Source: Asterias rubens | Taxonomy: Eukaryota | Direction of reading: 5' to 3' | DNA: 64,000 bases | NCBI RefSeq assembly: GCF_902459465.1 | Contig: NC_047074.1 | Span: 14,198,001 to 14,262,000, forward strand | In this document: piece by piece, positions 62,060 through 64,000 of the stretch | Layout: each line of letters begins with the position of its first letter | How positions within the stretch are numbered: the stretch's first letter is position 1 | Position numbers and translations under genes: made by a program | Notes under the pieces: model-generated | Database searches by the model: none | Told to the model about the DNA's origin: nothing | The model's input: only the letters and a program-made list of their open reading frames with translations

Positions 62060-63727
62060 TTAAACTTTGGAGGGTGGAGTGTCCTCCTCGATGTATTCAA
62101 ACGGCTCAGGAGCTTCTGGTTCTTCTTCTTCCTCTTCCACCTTGGGTCCACCAGCTGAAAAAGGCAACAAAAGAAAGACAATGATAAGTTAGCAAAATGC
62201 AAGTACAATTTATTAAATGATAGTACATGGCATTTATATGGCGCTTTATACAAAAAAAACAGCGCCACACAATCAACAACAGTATGAAATACGATGGAAA
62301 AAAAAAAAAAAAAAAGCTTGGAAATAGGTGAGCGTAATTTTTGTTGTGCTTAACTACTTATTGTGTTTAAGCAGCACAATGAACTTGGGCCCAGAGCCCA
62401 CTTTCATAGAGCTGCTTGACAGCTGATTTTGTGCTTACTGTGTGATATCCATTTCATAGCGTGCTAAGCGTCAGCACACGAAAAGGTGTGCTAACCTTCT
62501 GGTGCTTACTGCACGAAAATAAATAATGTCACAACGTAAATTTGTGGTGAATGCACAAGATGGCCTTGCTAATCTGTCAAATATGATTACAATTTTTAGC
62601 AATTTTTTATGCTACAGTAAGCACGAAAATTTGCTTAACATGAAGCATCGCTATGCCATTGGGCCCAGTCCTCACTTCACCCCTGTTCTATTTATGTCTG
62701 AAAGCTTTTAAGTGATCTAGAAATTAATGAACTGTAAAATTAAAAGTTTTGTGACTGAAGAATCCTTAATGATGTTTATGTCCGCTATGAGGACATCGTT
62801 GTTGATTGCCTCGGGCCTTGAGATTTCTCCGTCCAGTTTAAGAAACAAGCTCTTTCTTAATACTGACCTGGGACATTAAGAACGATTTCTTCTGGTTCAT
62901 CTTTAGCCGTGTCTTTCATCATAATTATTCCTCCATCAGACAGCTGTAATAAAGGAGATGAGAAAGACAAATGTACATGACAGATTGGATAGACACCAAC
63001 AGAAACATAACAGGAAACCAACAAAAACACCAACAGAAATACAATGACAGTTTGATGTTTTTTTCTTTAGCTCTTTTTAAAACATCTATCAATATTGTGT
63101 AATTATCATACAGTGGTTTATTTGGCTTTCACGATCAAAATTTAGGCTGTCACTCTTTTGTTTTTATCTATAAAGGCAACCTACACTGTGGACAGTTAAC
63201 TAAATTTCGTTCAGAAGGAAGAACAAACTTAAAATCTACATTCTATATTTACAAAGGATAACTGGAATAAGGTTTTTGTGTAGAATGAGGACCCTTGAAC
63301 AAAATTGCATCAACAGTTTCAGAGTAAATAAGACACAACAGTCCATTTGTGGCAACCATTTTGAGGACATTATTAGTACCCGTGTTCAGGGCACATTTGA
63401 GAATGATTTTAAATAAACCATAAACAATACCCCCAAAACGTAACTGACCTGTTTGACTGGGACGTATCTGGACTTATCGACCGTTGTTAAGACTTTGAGC
63501 TGAGCAACCATAACTCTCGCTGGAGAGTTCAATATCTCAAACGATGGCTCAATTTTCTTCTCTTTCTTCTTAGGCTCCACCTCCGGTTCCTCTTCCATCT
63601 TCTCATCTTTCTTATCCTTGGTGTCTTTTCCTGCATCTTTGGAATCCTTCTTTTCTTTTTCCTTCTTGTCTTCTTTTTCTTTCTTCTCTTTGTCGGCAAC
63701 CTTTTCTTCCTCTTTGATTGGTTCATC
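62060..63727 (-). CDS. PSMD1: 26S proteasome non-ATPase regulatory subunit 1 (RPN2), last three coding exons; 5' part lies beyond the window
   Basis: Exons 63727-63449, 62943-62868, 62154-62060 with consistent phases. EPSFEILNSPARVMVAQLKVLT, LSDGGIIMMKDT and GPKVEEEEEEPEAPEPFEYIEED match the recalled human PSMD1 C-terminus ([22 protein letters not shown] ... EPEPPEPFEYIDD). Confidence 0.95.
62395..62666. mobile_element. MITE, GGCCCAATTTCA family, abutting another copy across a CAG
   Basis: ...cttgggcc-CAG-agcccactttcatagagctgc ... ccattgggcc-CAG. Confidence 0.65.
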
Positions 63728-63859
63728 CTATATAAAACAACAAAATAAGAAAACTAAATCAACAACATAAATTTGTTGAACAGGGGTGGAGACAAAGAAT
63801 ATTTTGTAATATTGTATATATCATAACAAGTTTTTAACCGGCTACAGGAATGTAAATGG

Positions 63860-63985
63860 TTGCATGGCTTCTGACTGGCACCCTCGAAAAAAGATATTGA
63901 CAAAATAGGGAGACCGCCAAGAGCTCAGTTGGTAGAGCGCCGGCACCTTATAACAGAAGTCATTGGTTCAAATCCCGCTCTCATT
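63860..63985 (+). mobile_element. Copy of the tRNA-like-cassette repeat
   Basis: gcttctgactggcaccc...ataggga.accgccaa.agctcagttggtagagcgccggca...ggttcaaatcccgctct is the reverse complement of part of 7766-7900. Confidence 0.7.
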
Positions 63986-64000
63986 GTAACATAGCTTGGG

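Overview
AT-rich eukaryotic genomic DNA with GT-AG introns and many MITEs, SINE-like elements and minisatellites. It is probably an echinoderm (inference from gene and repeat content). Six spliced genes were reconstructed by hand with phase-consistent splice sites. (1) SCHIP1 (+, about 15.5-27.2/30.9 kb); its 5'-most exon encodes an IQCJ-like IQ motif. (2) A 7-exon CD38/BST1-family ADP-ribosyl cyclase (-, 37373-42270) with two tandem decoy copies of the exon-3 acceptor and exon start. (3) A 6-exon PhyH-family Fe(II)/2OG dioxygenase (-, 45241-50089) that looks bacterial-like. (4, 5) A head-to-head pair of TATA-driven orphan secreted-protein genes: a 5-exon, 319-aa protein with four exon-encoded LKLELILKALELLK helices, a His tract, a duplicated hairpin-like peptide and a cationic amphipathic tail (-, 51378-54880), and a 2-exon, ~177-aa protein with GGRTPPNxGGxTP repeats (+, 57979-59622). 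(6) The last three coding exons of PSMD1/RPN2 (-, 62060-63727). The orphan pair is the best candidate for an undescribed system. No database searches were run; homology statements come from recalled sequences and need checking.
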